Origin: Octopus vulgaris
Taxonomy: Eukaryota
Length of the DNA stretch: 64,000 nt
Direction: 5' to 3'
Assembly: GCA_951406725.2 (NCBI GenBank)
Contig: OX597834.1
Coordinates: forward strand, 28,458,001 to 28,522,000
The notes beneath the pieces were generated by a model. That model made no database searches. It saw nothing but the letters and a program-made list of their open reading frames with translations, and was not told where the DNA came from. Within the stretch, counting starts at the first letter, position 1. Each line of letters opens with the position of its first letter. Both the position numbers and the translations under genes were made by a program. This document shows, one piece after another, positions 25,056-37,745 of this stretch.

Positions 25056-26027
25056 CCACACACATACAGAGCACCACACACACACACACACACACAGAGG
25101 AGAACCCACATGCACACAGCAACACAGAACAACACACAAAGATACACACACACACACACACACCACAAACACATGAACACATACAGAGCAACACACACAC
25201 AGTCACACATATACAGAGCAACACACACACACACAGTCACACATATACAGAGCAATAAACACACACACACACAGTCACACATATACAGAGCAACACACAC
25301 ACACACACACACAGAGTCACACATATACAGAGCAACACACACACATACACACAAACAGCCACACACATACAGAGCACCACACACACACACACACACACAG
25401 AGGAGAACCCACACGCACACAGCAACACAGACCAACACGAACACACAGACAGACAGCAAGACCTCCTCCCATAGAAACAAACCTGCTCGATTCTGACAAA
25501 CAAGTCACAGCTTGATAGTTTGGAAACTGATGTTTGCATTGTTACAAAGAAATACTCGCATCAAGTTTACCTGATCCAGTGCAACAACACCAGGAGTGCA
25601 GTATATGCACAAAAAATATAAGCGTGTGTGCAAGATGATGCAATGTAAGCAAGCCTGCGTATGATATAACGGGAGTATTTTGTTCTTATGTAATTCCATC
25701 TGGTGTGAATAAGATCTGTACATGGGATTGATTTTGCTAACACAAGTCATTAGATGCATACAGACAAGCATATGTGTATGTATGTGTATATGTATGTGTG
25801 TGTGTATGTATATAGAGAGAGAGGTGTGTGTGTATATACATACATATATATATATATATATATAGATAGATAGATTGATATATATATATTGATATATATA
25901 TATATGATAGATAGATTGATATATATATATATATATGATAGATAGATTGATATATATATATATATATATGATAGATAGATTGATATATATATATATATAT
26001 GATAGATAGATATATATATATAGATAT

Positions 26028-26104
<77 letters not shown>

Positions 26105-26367
26105 CAAATAGAAAGACAGATAGAAAGACAGACAGACAGAAAGATAGGCAGACAGACAGATAGACAGACAGACAGATAGAAAGACAGACAGACAGATAAA
26201 TAGGCAGATGGATGGATGGATGAATGGATAGATTGATAGCTTGACTGGTATGTGTGCTTGTATGTGTGTGTATGTATATATATATATATGTATATATATA
26301 TATGTGTGTTTGTGTGTGTGTTTACATACATACATATATCATCGATGATGATGATGATATATGTATA

Positions 26368-26712
26368 GGAGTGGTTGTGTGGTAAGTAGCTTGCTTACCA
26401 AACACATGGTTCCAGGTTCAGTCCCACTGCATGTCACCTTGGGTAAGTGTCTTCTACTATAGCCTTGGGCTAACCAAAGCCTTGTGAGTGGATATGGTAG
26501 AAGGAAACTATATATATGTATGTGTGTATATGTTTGTGTGTCTGTGTTTATGTCCCCGTAACTTAGTAGTTCGGCAAAAGAGACCAATAGAATAAGTACT
26601 AGGCTTACAAAGAATAAGTCCCGGGGTCAATTTCTTTGACTATAAAACCCATTTAAGGTGGTGCTCCAGCATGGCCACAGTCAAGTAACTGAAACAAGTA
26701 AAAGAATAAATA
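26368..26712 (+). mobile_element. SINE family A, CpG-decayed, with internal deletion
   Basis: Head, core and tail motifs. Confidence 0.85.
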
Positions 26713-27255
26713 CGGACACGTGGACACACACACACACACACACTTGTACAAAGAGAATGAATCAAGCACTGCACACACACACACACACTGCCAGCCAGAC
26801 AAACACAGGAAAACAGAGAATTAGCAAATACCTTGTATGACTAATACTGGTAATACACACAAACACACACACACATATATATACATATATACATCTATGC
26901 ATACACAGCTTGGCATACGTTTTCAGACATATACGCCTTCATACACACCCGATACGTGTGTGTGTGTAGATTGATAGAGAAGGATTAAAGCTTTGTGTAT
27001 GTAACCTGCAAATGACTAATGCTAGAAATACTGTCACAGACCTAAAAATACACACAAAACACACATATACACACACATATCTGTTCATATATGCATGAGG
27101 ATATGTGTGTATATTTGAATATAGATACAAATCTTTCATATATGTGTGTGTGTATTTATGTGTATATGTTTGGGTGTGCAATTATTTATGTACATTTATT
27201 TATGATGTATATATATATTTCATTATATAATCTATTTTGTATATAATTCATACAC

Positions 27256-27470
27256 AAGGCAGCAAGCTGGCAGAATTGTTGACATGCTAGATAAAATGTT
27301 TAGCGGCATTTCGTCTGTCTTCAGGTTCTGAGTTCAAATTTCACTGAGATCAACTTTGCCTTTCATCCTTTCAGGGTCAATGAAATAAGTACCAGTTATG
27401 CACTGGAGTCAATGTAATTGATTAGCCCCCTCACCCAACATTCCAGATTTTGTGCCTATAGTAGAAAAGA
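27256..27470 (+). mobile_element. SINE family B (tail type B2)
   Basis: B head and core CTTTGCCTTTCATCCTTTC, with the alternative tail TTGTGCCTATAGTAGAAA. Confidence 0.8.
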
Positions 27471-27487
27471 CATATAATACATAACAC

Positions 27488-27524
<37 letters not shown>

Positions 27525-27529
<5 letters not shown>

Positions 27530-27685
27530 CATACATAAGATTATATATATATATACATACATAACACATTATATATATATATATGTACATACATAACACA
27601 TTATATATATATATGTACATACATAACACATTATATATATATATGTACATACATAACACATTATATATATATATGTACATACATA

Positions 27686-27695
<10 letters not shown>
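27525..27695. repeat. ~30-bp minisatellite ACATAACACATTATATATATATATGTACAT
   Basis: About 5 units. Confidence 0.85.
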
Positions 27696-27738
<43 letters not shown>

Positions 27739-28825
27739 TATACATACATCACACACACACACATAATAAATCATCAATCATCTGTCAGTATCAACATGAG
27801 TCTCAATTATTCAACAATCATTGGGACTAATTTTTCATACGTTGTCATTGAATAATAATGTATGTGGTTGAATATTCCACAGACGTGTGTTCCCCCTGTG
27901 TATTCCTTAAATCTGATCATCATGGCTAGACATACAACAAAGCTGATACTATGAACTGCAGGAACAATCCAGCCACCAGGCTCCTATGTTGCTTCTGTCA
28001 ACCCACTTTTTCTTCAGAAACATTATTGTAGGGGGGAAAAAACCCCCCGAAAAAAACAACTCAACCACCCAAGCAGTCATGAGCTAAGATTGAACCTGGT
28101 GACTCATGACTGTGAAGTGAACTTCTTAAAACACTTGATTGTACCTATGACATATAATGGATATTGATTGGTTATGGTTATTAATGAATATTTAATGATA
28201 GACACCAAAATAAATGATAGCCTCTATAAAGACTATATATATAAAGCTGTCTGGTTCTAGTGTGTAATTAGCTATCACCTGGGACATTAATTACACCACT
28301 CATAATATATCGGAAGGGCATCCAGCTGTAAAAACCACTCCAAAGCAGACAGGGAAGCTTGGCACAGTCCCCAGGCTTACCAGCTCGAGCCAAACCATCC
28401 AACCCAAGCCAGCATAGAAGATGGACATTATTTGATGATGATGATATGTAAGTTTTGGGATAAGATACATCCCATGTAGGGTGCATTGACAGCAATGTTT
28501 CTGGAATCTCAGAGGAGTTTGTGCAGATTCTACCTCACCTATCTGACCCCATTCAGGGATCAGTACAATTTTATTTTCTGTCTAACCTCTTTCTCTCTCT
28601 CTCTCTCTTTCTGTTGATTGTTTTCAACCATCACCACCACAACTGCCAAACACACACCATTCAGACTTCTGATGCCACCAACATCAACACCTTTGACTTT
28701 ACCACCTTCCCATTAGGGGCTTGACATCTACAAGCCATCCTAAATTTGTCCCAGATCCCTTACTCTTTACCTGATATGTGAAGAGATGGGTCTGTCCTTC
28801 ATGGACATGAGTCAAATTACTATAC

Positions 28826-29234
28826 TCTCTTTTACTCTTTTACTTGTTTCAGTCATTTTGACTGCGGCCCATGCTAGAGCACCGCCTTTAGTCGAGCAAA
28901 TCGACCCCGGGACTTATTCTTTGTAAGCCCAGTACTTATTCTATCGGTCTCTTTTGCCGAACCGCTAAGTAACGGGGACATAAACACACCAGCATCGGTT
29001 GTCAAGTAATACTAGGGGGACAAACACAGACAGACAAACATACACATACACATATATATATACATATATACGACAGGCTTCTTTCAGTTTCCGTCTACCA
29101 AATCCACTCACAAGGCATTGGTCGGCCCAGGGCTATAGCAGAAGACACTTGCCCAAGATGCCACGCAGTGGGACTGAACACTAAACCATGTGTTTGGTTA
29201 GCAAGCTACTTACCACACAGCCACTCCTGCGCCT
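28826..29234 (-). mobile_element. SINE family A, full length, young
   Basis: Complete structure. Confidence 0.9.
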
Positions 29235-29768
29235 ATGTATACATATACAAACATAATTTGTACATTGAATTTAACTTTGATGTATTGTTTTAAAAAACCC
29301 AAAAGCTGAGGTAACCGCCCTGAGAAACCATCTCATTTTGGCATTGAGCTTAATAAGCAAAGATTATATCATTTAAATGAAATTTCGTCAGTACTGGTGG
29401 ATGGACTCTTGTATCCCATGACGTGATTTCAGTATAATTTGTACCTCCTCAGCATCAGGTGCTGATCATTGAATGCCAGAGCAAAATTTCTGTCAAACCA
29501 ATACAGTTTAACACATTCCGTGATTGGTGCTTGTTGCCGAGAAGCACAAATTATGCCAGGACCATGTGATAGAACAGTCCCTGCACAGGTGTTGAGGAAA
29601 TTTCATCTGTTGATATAATCAGTGCCTTTTAGCACTTAATGTCTACATGCAGAGATTACTCAGAGCAATTTACTGCAGCTTATGGCATTTAAAACAAAAC
29701 TTCCAAGTTAAGTTAGCCATGCTTAGTAATATTCATTACTAAAAGCTGCTTCTGTCACTCAGAGCTAA

Positions 29769-30140
29769 TCATCATCATACTCATCATTGTTTAACGTCCA
29801 TTTTCCAAGCTAGCATGGGTTGGACGGTTCAACTGGGGTCTGGGAAGCCAGGAGGCTGCACCAGGTTCCAGTCTGATCTGGCAGTGTTTCTACAGCTGGA
29901 TGCCCTTCCTAACGCCAACCACTCTGTGAGTGTAGTGGGTGCTTTTTACGTGCCACCTGCACAGGTGCCAGGCGAGGCTGGCAACGGCCACGATCAGTTG
30001 GTGCTTTTTACATGCCACCTGCACAGAAGCCAGTCAAGGCGGCGCTGGCAACGGCCATGTTCGGATGGTGTTTTTTACATGCCACCGGCACTGGTATCAC
30101 AACTGCAATTTCCATTGATTTTTTGATCGATTTCGATTTC
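29769..30140 (-). mobile_element. Retroposon family D
   Basis: Core, internal units and (CAT)n on the plus strand. Confidence 0.8.
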
Positions 30141-30213
30141 ACCTGCCTCAACAGGTCTTCGCAAGCAGAGTGTGGGGGCCCAAAAAAGGAAAGGTATGCA
30201 TAAGTGGACTAAC

Positions 30214-30610
30214 TTTTATCTTTTACTTGTTTCAGTCATTGGACTGTGGCCATGCTGGGGCACTACCTTGAAGGATTTAGTTGAATAAATGGAACCCAGT
30301 ATTTCTTTTCTTTTCAAGCCTGGTACTTATTTTGTCATTCTCTTTTTGTTGAACTGCTATGTTACAGGGATATAAACCACTTTTTAAACAGTGGTAGGTA
30401 AGAAACTCAAATATAAAGACACATACACACACAAATATATATACATATATACAACAGGCTTCTTTCAGCTTGTCTACCAAATCCACTCACAAGGTTTTGG
30501 TTGGCCAGGGGCTATAGTAGAATACACTTACCTGAGGTACCACGCGGTGGGATTGAACCAGAAACAATATAGCTGAGAAGCAAACTTCTTACCACACAGC
30601 CACACCTACA
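30214..30610 (-). mobile_element. SINE family A, older copy
   Basis: Diverged full structure; head-to-head with 30620-31045. Confidence 0.8.
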
Positions 30611-30619
30611 TCTATATAT

Positions 30620-30790
30620 AGGTGTGGCTGAGTGGTAAGAAGCTTGCTTCACATTCACATGGTTCCAGGTTCAACCCCACTGTGTGGCACCTTGGGAAAG
30701 TGTCTTCTACTATAGCCTTGGATTGACCAAAGCCTTGTGAGTGGATTCGGTAGACAGAAACTGAAAGAAGCCCGTCACACACACACACAG

Positions 30791-30842
<52 letters not shown>

Positions 30843-31045
30843 TTGAGTGTCTGTGTTTGTCCCTCCCACCATCGCTTGACAACCAATGTTGGTGTGTTTA
30901 CGCCCCTGTAACTTAGTGGTTCAGCAAAAGAGACTGACAGAATAAGTACTAGACTTACAAAGAATAAGTCCTGGGGTTGATTTGCTCAAATAAAGGTGGT
31001 GCTCCAGCATGGGCACAATCAAATGACTGAAAGACTGAAACGAGA
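30620..31045 (+). mobile_element. SINE family A
   Basis: Full structure. Confidence 0.85.
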
Positions 31046-31070
31046 AATTACACACACATATATATATGTA

Positions 31071-31200
31071 TATACTACTATGGCAATCCCTCAAGGTCGA
31101 GGATGATGGTCTTCGCGCAAATTTATTGGTGAGTCCGCAGGTGACTGATAAGACAAATTCTTGCTCGAAAAGATCGGTCACAGTGCGGACATCTAGTGCC
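31071..31200 (-). mobile_element. RTE-clade LINE extreme 3' end
   Basis: Minus strand encodes GTRCPHCDRSFRARICLISHLRTHQ*, then a short UTR and (TAG)n tail; possible TSD ATATATGTA. Confidence 0.8.
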
Positions 31201-31216
31201 ATATATGTAAATACAA

Positions 31217-31267
<51 letters not shown>

Positions 31268-31273
<6 letters not shown>

Positions 31274-31460
31274 TAATCCAACAAGAAAACAAAAAAAGAC
31301 AACAATGCAAGGACGTGGAACAAATAAAGTATTATTGGACGCTCAGGAAAGAAGGAGGGTTTAACCTTTCGAGCGGAGCTCTTCGTCGGAAACATAGGAG
31401 AAGGAAAGATCCCGAGAAGGGAAGACTGAGGAAAAAAAATCGCCAGTGGTACTCACGAGG
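31268..31460 (-). mobile_element. Penelope-like terminus with mutated hammerhead core
   Basis: Minus strand GTTT-CCGACGA-A-GAGC-TCC-GCTC-GAAA-GGTT-AAAC, then a pyrimidine-rich tail like that at 57592-57706. Confidence 0.6.
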
Positions 31461-31898
31461 TCACATAACATACACACACCATATTTACTTGTGTATAAAT
31501 CACACTATTTTACACTTGATTTTAATTGTTAAAAACAGGATACAATTTATACATGAGTAAATATAGAATGTGTATGTGTGTGCAAATGAGTGTAGTATTT
31601 GTGTGTAAGAGAAGATAATATCTATGTTAACATAATGTTACTTATACAAACAAATATATATATATATATGTGTATGTATATATACAGTCACATGCAATGA
31701 GATCACTCAATTCTATCATCGTGTGCCCATCACACATATATGCACAGACATGTATATGTGTATATACATTCATACATTCATATATACATAATCCATACAC
31801 ACACACGCACACACATACATGTCTAGAAATGAAGTACTGACTGATGTTTTAACATTGCTGTTTAAATATTTACACATGTATAATACATACATACATTA

Positions 31899-31944
<46 letters not shown>

Positions 31945-32055
31945 GGCACATGTACACATATATATATGCAGAAACATACAGATACACATACATGAATATA
32001 GAAACACATAAATATACATGCACACAAACACATATAAACATATCTACACAGATAC

Positions 32056-32088
<33 letters not shown>

Positions 32089-32119
32089 ACATTATCATTT
32101 AATGTCTGCTTTCCATGCT

Positions 32120-32167
<48 letters not shown>

Positions 32168-32761
32168 CACACACACACACGTATATACACACACACACAC
32201 ACACACATGTATATATACACACATATACATTCACACACACACACGCACACACACACACACATGTATAATATCAACCCTTTTAATGTCATATTCCCATGCA
32301 GGAATCAGAAGGTCAAGGGGATGTCTTCTCTTGGTCCAGTATTTCCTCACTCAAGTTAAGGGTATCCAAGAAACCGAACCTTCATACTTGCTTCAATAAC
32401 ATCCTCAGCCTCTGCCTCTCTCTCTTTCTGCCTGCCGGTCTGCCTGCCTATTGTATGCAGATAACATTCCAATATCATGTAACCAGCTCTATATCCACCC
32501 AATACTCACTCAACCTTTACAAGGCCCTATCAACACTGACTCTTATCTCTTCTACTCCCCTCTGGCTGTTTACATTTAAGACCTATCCACCTCCCTAACT
32601 CACCTCTTCACTGTCTTATATGTGAATTAATATCACACTAGGATAATGATGATGATGATGATCCAACAGATTTTAATCAAACCATTCCTCATTCTTCCCA
32701 TCCTTTGCATTTAACACTCCAATGATTCATAACCATTCAATATCACATACATTGCATATTT

Positions 32762-33155
32762 TTTTTCTTTTATTTGTTTCAGTTGTTTGACTGCGGCCAT
32801 GCTGGAGCACCGCCTTTAGTCGAGTAAATCGACCTCAGGACTTATTCTTTGTAAGCCGAGTACTTATTCTTTCGGTCTCTCTTGCCGAACCGCTAAGTTA
32901 CAGGGACGTGAACACACCAGCATCAGTTGTCAAGCGATGTTGGGTGGACAAACACAAACACATACATACATATATACAAATATATATACATACAATGGGC
33001 TTCTTTCAGTTTCCATCTACCAAATCCACTCACAAGGCTTTGGTCGGCCCGAGGCTATAGTAGAAGACATTTGCCCAAGGTATCACACAGTGGGACTGAA
33101 CCTAGAACCATATGGTTGGTAAGCCTGCTACTTACCACACAGCAACTCCTGCACC
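32762..33155 (-). mobile_element. SINE family A
   Basis: Full structure. Confidence 0.88.
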
Positions 33156-33744
33156 GATGAAGGATATATGAGCCAATGAAAGAACCTTTACATGCTTGCT
33201 CACTTTGCTAGAAAGAACAGCAAAATCTCTTTTAAAAAAAATGTGGAGCACATGGTTAATTTCAGGGCTCGGAAAGCTAATTACATTGATCCCTTGGCAG
33301 GAACTGAAATCAGAACAGAAAGAGCTGCAAGAAATGCTCAGCATTTTTTTCTGATGCCCTAACAATTCAGCCAGTTTGCTGTCTTCATAGATAATAATAA
33401 TGATGATGATGATAATAATAATGATGATAATAATAATAATAATGTTAATAATAATAATGATGATGATAATAATAATGATAATAATAATAAAAATAAAAAT
33501 AATAATAATGTTTATAACAATAATGAGGATGATGATAATAATAATGATAATAATAAAAATAATAATCATCATCATTGTTTAATGTCTGCTTTCTGTGGGA
33601 CAGTTTGACTGGGAACTGGTGAACCAGAAGGCTGCACCAGGCTCCAATCTGATCTGGCAGAGTTTCTAATAATAATGATAATAATGATGATGATGATGAT
33701 ATTGATAATAATAATAATGATAATAATAATAATGATAATAATAT

Positions 33745-33970
33745 GTTTAAACTATTGCAGATCAACACCAGTAGGAAAGACAAGAGCAGGGAGGAGATTC
33801 CAGAGGGATAATGTCCTGGGGAAAAAGGATTCAGCATAGTGGTTAAACAAGAAAAGAGGAGATGAACACACTAAGGGTATTGAGCGAAGGAGATATAAAT
33901 ACGTTGGTGGGTGCCTGAAAAGTATGAGACCAGCCAGCTTCAAGTTACAGAGGCCATTATGATAGTAGTC
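33745..33970 (-). mobile_element. CR1/Jockey-like LINE ORF2 C-terminal fragment
   Basis: HYAESFFPRTLSLWNLLPALVFPTGVDLQ*FK matches the SFFPRT..LWN.LP motif; followed by an (ATT)-type tail. Confidence 0.75.
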
Positions 33971-34037
33971 TCATGTAGTTCAAGAAAGAAGGTTCTGGAA
34001 TTTCTTGCCAAACAAACCTGCACCAATGATTTGTTTA

Positions 34038-34342
34038 GTGGAGGCACATGGCCTAGTGGTTAGAGCAGCGGACTCGCGGTTGTGGGATCGCGGGTTCGAA
34101 TCTCAGACCGGGCGATGTGTGTGTTTATGAGCGAAACACCTAAGCTCCACGCGGCTCCAGCAGAAGGTAATGGCGACCTTCTGCTGACTCTTTCACCACA
34201 ACTTTCTCTCACTCTTTCCTCCTGCATCTTGCAGCTCACCTGCGACAGACCGGCGTCTCGACCAGGTGGGGAACCTATGCGCCAATGAAACCAGGAAACC
34301 AGCCCTTATCAGCCAGGCATGGCTCGAGAAGGAACAAACAAA
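34038..34342 (+). mobile_element. SINE family C2, full length with TSD
   Basis: tRNA-like head; 13-bp TSD AATGATTTGTTTA at 34025-34037 and 34343-34355. Confidence 0.92.
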
Positions 34343-34654
34343 AATGATTTGTTTATAGTGATGAAATGTGTATAGTGTTGTACATCAGCTCACTCCCTCC
34401 ATCAAATTGATATTTCCTGCACAGGTGCACGGTGTATCACGTGTCAGGTGTCAAAGTGATGCAGAACGACATGAGATGAAGTGTTTTGCTCCAGAACACG
34501 ATGCACCACCCAATCTACGAATTGAAACCGTGATCTCATGATCATGAGTGCAACACCCAAACCACTAGGTCATGTATCCTCACTAAGAAGCTATTATAGT
34601 TGTGGTAAAAATGTCAGAGGAAGGAGAAAATCATGCAGGTGAGCCAGACATTAG

Positions 34655-34951
34655 TTAGTTTGTTCCTTCTCAAGCCATGCCTGGCTCATTAGGGCCGGTT
34701 TCCTTGGCGTAAAGGTTCCCCACCTGGACGGGATGCCGGTCCATCGCAGGTGAGCTGCAAGATGCAGGAGGAAAGAGTGAGAGAAAGTTGTGGCAAAAGA
34801 GTCAGCAGAAGTTCGCCATTACCTTCTGCCGGAGACGCGTGGAGCTTAGGTGTTTCGCTCATAAACACACACATCGTCTGGTCTGAGATTCGAACCCACG
34901 ATCCCTCGACCACGAGTCCACTGCTCTAACCACTTGGCCATGTGTCTCCAC
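34655..34951 (-). mobile_element. SINE family C2, full length with TSD
   Basis: 15-bp TSD TGAGCCAGACATTAG at 34640-34654 and 34952-34966. Confidence 0.92.
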
Positions 34952-35099
34952 TGAGCCAGACATTAGAGCATGTCCATTAATGATGGAGTGCCAACCAGTC
35001 AAATAGCTCTTCTCTGGATATGGTCTACGATATTGGCATGTGTACCCATCTCAGATATCAGGAGCAGTACTCTATTTTGGGCTTCACTTTAGCCTTGTA

Positions 35100-35359
35100 A
35101 ATAAAATAAATGCACCCTTTTAAAGCCTAGCCAGGCTCATGGGCCCAGTTTCCCGGTTTCAATGGCGTATGTGTTCCCCAGCTGGATGGGACGCCAGTCC
35201 ATCGCAGTGTTACTCATTTTTGCCAGCTGAGTGGACTGGAGCAACATGAAATGAAGTGTTTTGCTCAAGAACACAACACATCACCCGGTCCAGGAATCGA
35301 AACCACAATCTTAAGATCATGATGCTGACACCCTAACCACTAAGCCACGTGTCTCCACT
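35100..35359 (-). mobile_element. SINE family C3 with TSD
   Basis: tRNA-like head; TSD CTTT(A/T)GCCTTGTA at 35087-35099 and 35360-35372. Confidence 0.88.
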
Positions 35360-36294
35360 CTTTTGCCTTGTAGAGAGTCAGTAACTGTTAAGGGCTGAAA
35401 TATCTTCTGGCTATGAAGAGAAGAGCTAGTCTTTGAGATGTTCTCAAATTATAAGCCAAATTCTTTATGAAACCACAATTTCTTGAGCAGGCTGTTCTGT
35501 TGATCGGATCAACTGGAACCCTCGTTGTTGTAACTTACGGGATGCCAGTTACACAATGACAACAACATTAAGACTACAACAAAAACGAATACATCAATCT
35601 GCAATAATTATAATCCCACATCTCGAAAATTCAAACAAAAAATCACATCTTTTATGACACCTTAACTCTACTGCCCTTCCTTTGTCATTATGACCTATAG
35701 TTTTTTTTTCCTTTTTGTATATCTCTACTTTTTGTCTTTTCTAATGATGTCGGTAATCACGGCAGCTATTATTTATTTATTTTGTCGCAGTTTCTGGACT
35801 ATAACGTCATTAGTTGCATCATTTCCACAAGAACCAATCACAAGTTTACTGCATTCTTAATGGTGAGAGTCACAAGAGAGTGGCACCGTTTCTTTTTTTT
35901 TCCATGGTTTCTTACAGACATTTATATCCTTCATTGCTGTACACAACCAAAACACACAAATATATTTACACATAAGAGTGGCTTCCACAGTTTCCGTCTA
36001 CCAAATTCCACAGTCATATACTCTGTCGGAAAATGTTTGCTCAAGGTGATGTACCATACAGTAGGATTGGACCTGGAACCATGTGGTTACAAACAAATCA
36101 GACTTCTTAGCTACCCCTGCATCCTCAACACATCATCACTGCTGTTACTACACCTGTTATTGATTGATTAACTATCTCAGGTGACTCAGTCACCAGACTT
36201 GACATGACTCAGAAGCCAGACATAAGTCTTATTCATTCCAGAGAAATAAAGGAAAAATATAGGACAAAGGATAACAATAATAATAATTATTATT

Positions 36295-36760
36295 ATTTCA
36301 AATTTTTGCCACAAGGGCCGCTTGGGGGAGGTGGGGATGAGTTGATTACATCGACCCCAATGTTCAACTGGTACTTTATTTTATTGATCCCGAAAGGATG
36401 AAGGGCAAAGCCGACCTCGGCGTAATTTGAACTCAGAACGTAGCAATGGGCAAAATACCGCTAAGCATTTTGTCCAGCATGCTAACGATTCTGCTGCCTT
36501 AATAATAATAATAATAATAATTATTATTATTATTATTACTATAAAGGTAGTGGGTTGATGAAATTGTTAGCACACCAGACAAAATGCTGTGAAGCATTTT
36601 GTCTGTCTTAATGTTCTGAGTTCAAATTCTACCAATGTCAGCTTTGCCTTTCATCTTTTCAGGGTTGAATTAAAAGTACCAGTCGAGTACTGGGGTTGTT
36701 GTAAACAATTAACCCCCTCCCCACAATATTGCCGACCGTGTACCAAAATTTGAAATCATT
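36295..36760. mobile_element. Two SINE B2 copies head-to-head (36295-36500 minus, 36543-36760 plus)
   Basis: B head and core on opposite strands, separated by (AAT)n(ATT)n. Confidence 0.8.
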
Positions 36761-37297
36761 ATTATTACCACTATTACCATTATTATTGGTGTTGTAGTTG
36801 TTGTTGTTTCTAATTTAAAAATCTAATTCTGATTTTATCAAGGTCAACTTTAACTTTTCTTCCACTGGGAAGACTTAAACGCTCAGAACCCTTCTAGACT
36901 CTCATACTCATCCCATACCAATATTGCAAGTGCAGAACACTCAACTCTCTACAACAGTGTTTCTTAACCATTTTTTTTTACCCATGGACCCCTTTTAATT
37001 TCTACTTTTACTCAGATGGTCTCTCATAAATGTTCTATGTTTAAAAAAAAAAATCATATGTTTATATAATCATTTTGAATCCAGCTCCACAAGTGAAGCA
37101 AATCTTTTCCAATTTCTCTCTCTCTCTCTCTGCTCCATCAAGCTCATTACCATACACACATACATACCAGATACAAAATCATATTCAGCTGGTTCCATTG
37201 AACAAGAATGGTCTTGACAATGACCTTTCCATTATCCTCAAATAAAACTAGCCCGTAACCTTACCAAACTGTTTTCTCTCTGTATCTCTCTTCTGGA

Positions 37298-37332
<35 letters not shown>

Positions 37333-37469
37333 GACAGACAGACAGAGAGAAAAAGCATGTGTCTCTTTCTCAAGAAGAGTAATCCTCTCACCCTGCCAAC
37401 TATCATTCAATTGCATTCACTTCTAATACCATAAAAATGGTATTAGATATCAGGACCCCAAACAACAAT

Positions 37470-37720
37470 TTTTTCCAACATCTCAAATCACTCTTCCTCC
37501 TTTGTGACCAACAGTATGGCTTTCATAAAACCACATCAGCTCTTGTTCTCAAGAGATTTGGTGAAAGAAGTGCCACTGCCCTCCACATCAAAGATTTTGA
37601 TGTGTCTGGCACATGAATCACCTGACTAAAGTACCTACCGCTGGGCTCCATTTGTCTTGTTTCTTGGTATTGGTAGCTTCCTGTTCTATCAAACTGCCAT
37701 GCCATGATCTGATGGAACCC
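37470..37720 (+). mobile_element. Decayed LINE reverse-transcriptase fragment (CR1/Jockey-like)
   Basis: Frameshifted LLCDQQYGF ... RFGERSATALHI(K)..FD.VWH..HLTK, matching QYGFR / ALDISKAFD.VWH RT motifs. Confidence 0.65.
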
Positions 37721-37745
37721 CCACTTTTTCTCTCTCTCCACTACT

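Noticed and set aside
31120-31200. Host C2H2 zinc-finger gene exon
   Set aside because: A single finger of the RTE C-terminal type, followed by stop, short UTR, simple-repeat tail and a possible TSD
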